DNA of 64,000 nucleotides, taken from positions 64,001-128,000 of IMG/VR virus record IMGVR_UViG_3300022699_000302; one strand, given 5' to 3'. The position numbers and the translations under genes are program-made. The notes under the pieces were generated by a model. It ran no database searches. It was not told the origin of the DNA and saw nothing but the letters and a program-made list of their open reading frames with translations. Below are positions 63,703 to 64,000 of this stretch, piece by piece. This DNA is from a virus. Each line of letters begins with the position of its first letter. The first letter of the stretch is position 1.

Positions 63703-63926
63703 TGACGGTTTCTTGGAAACAAAATCCCTCTATTCTGGTAACTAACGTTGGATCCGGTTCTAGAGGTGCTAACGATCCGGTCTTAGCGGTGATCAGCGAA
63801 GGTGGTCATGTCGGGTCACGAGATGTGTTTTTGTCGTCTGATGAAATCGAGGCAGAGGGCTCTGTCGGCAGCAGAGACGCAGTTATCGTCTCAGAAGTTG
63901 TAGTACCCGGCGGAAGCGTAACCTAA
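63702..63926 (+). CDS. small virion-associated protein
   Basis: EGGxVGSRD repeats shared with the previous gene. Confidence 0.55.
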   Translation: MTVSWKQNPSILVTNVGSGSRGANDPVLAVISEGGHVGSRDVFLSSDEIEAEGSVGSRDAVIVSEVVVPGGSVT

Positions 63927-64000
63927 GGAACAAGAATGAGTCTTACTGCGTTAGCGCACACTTTTCATACAACGGCCCACCCATCCGCGAACAATATCGA

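Noticed and set aside
1-64000. Genome-wide TAG reassignment
   Set aside because: Many 500-800 aa genes are intact in the standard code and several end cleanly at TAG; only one convincing internal TAG was seen.

Overview
64 kb of a large, apparently contractile-tailed (myovirus-like) bacteriophage genome that reads in the standard code. Minus-strand cassettes of small, mostly unknown genes each start at a conserved motif (GGCCTAAGA-N3-TAGA, 18 copies, all one orientation), usually just after an intrinsic terminator. They alternate with plus-strand virion/late blocks: tail fibre, baseplate, sigma factor, DNA ligase and lysis-like genes. Recognisable enzymes: Ro60/TROVE, GlnRS, ATP-dependent ligase with a LigD phosphoesterase domain, patatin, HNH, AAA ATPase, DEDDh exonuclease, HAD and calcineurin-like phosphatases, a vWA protein and a PTH2-like hydrolase. 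Highlights: (1) A 2.2 kb RNA locus (15.9-18.0 kb) downstream of ro60 holds three Y RNAs, two 36-nt-period dual-repeat arrays with TIGR (tandem interspaced guide RNA) architecture, each starting right behind a Y RNA, and four tandem closed-stem RNAs of unknown class. A nuclease-less IS110/Nop-like (TasA-like) gene lies about 22 kb away. (2) A peptidyl-tRNA-hydrolase-like gene has an in-frame TAG near its start and sits directly upstream of a tRNA(CUA) amber suppressor and two tRNAs with aberrant anticodon arms. All calls were made by eye, without database searches.
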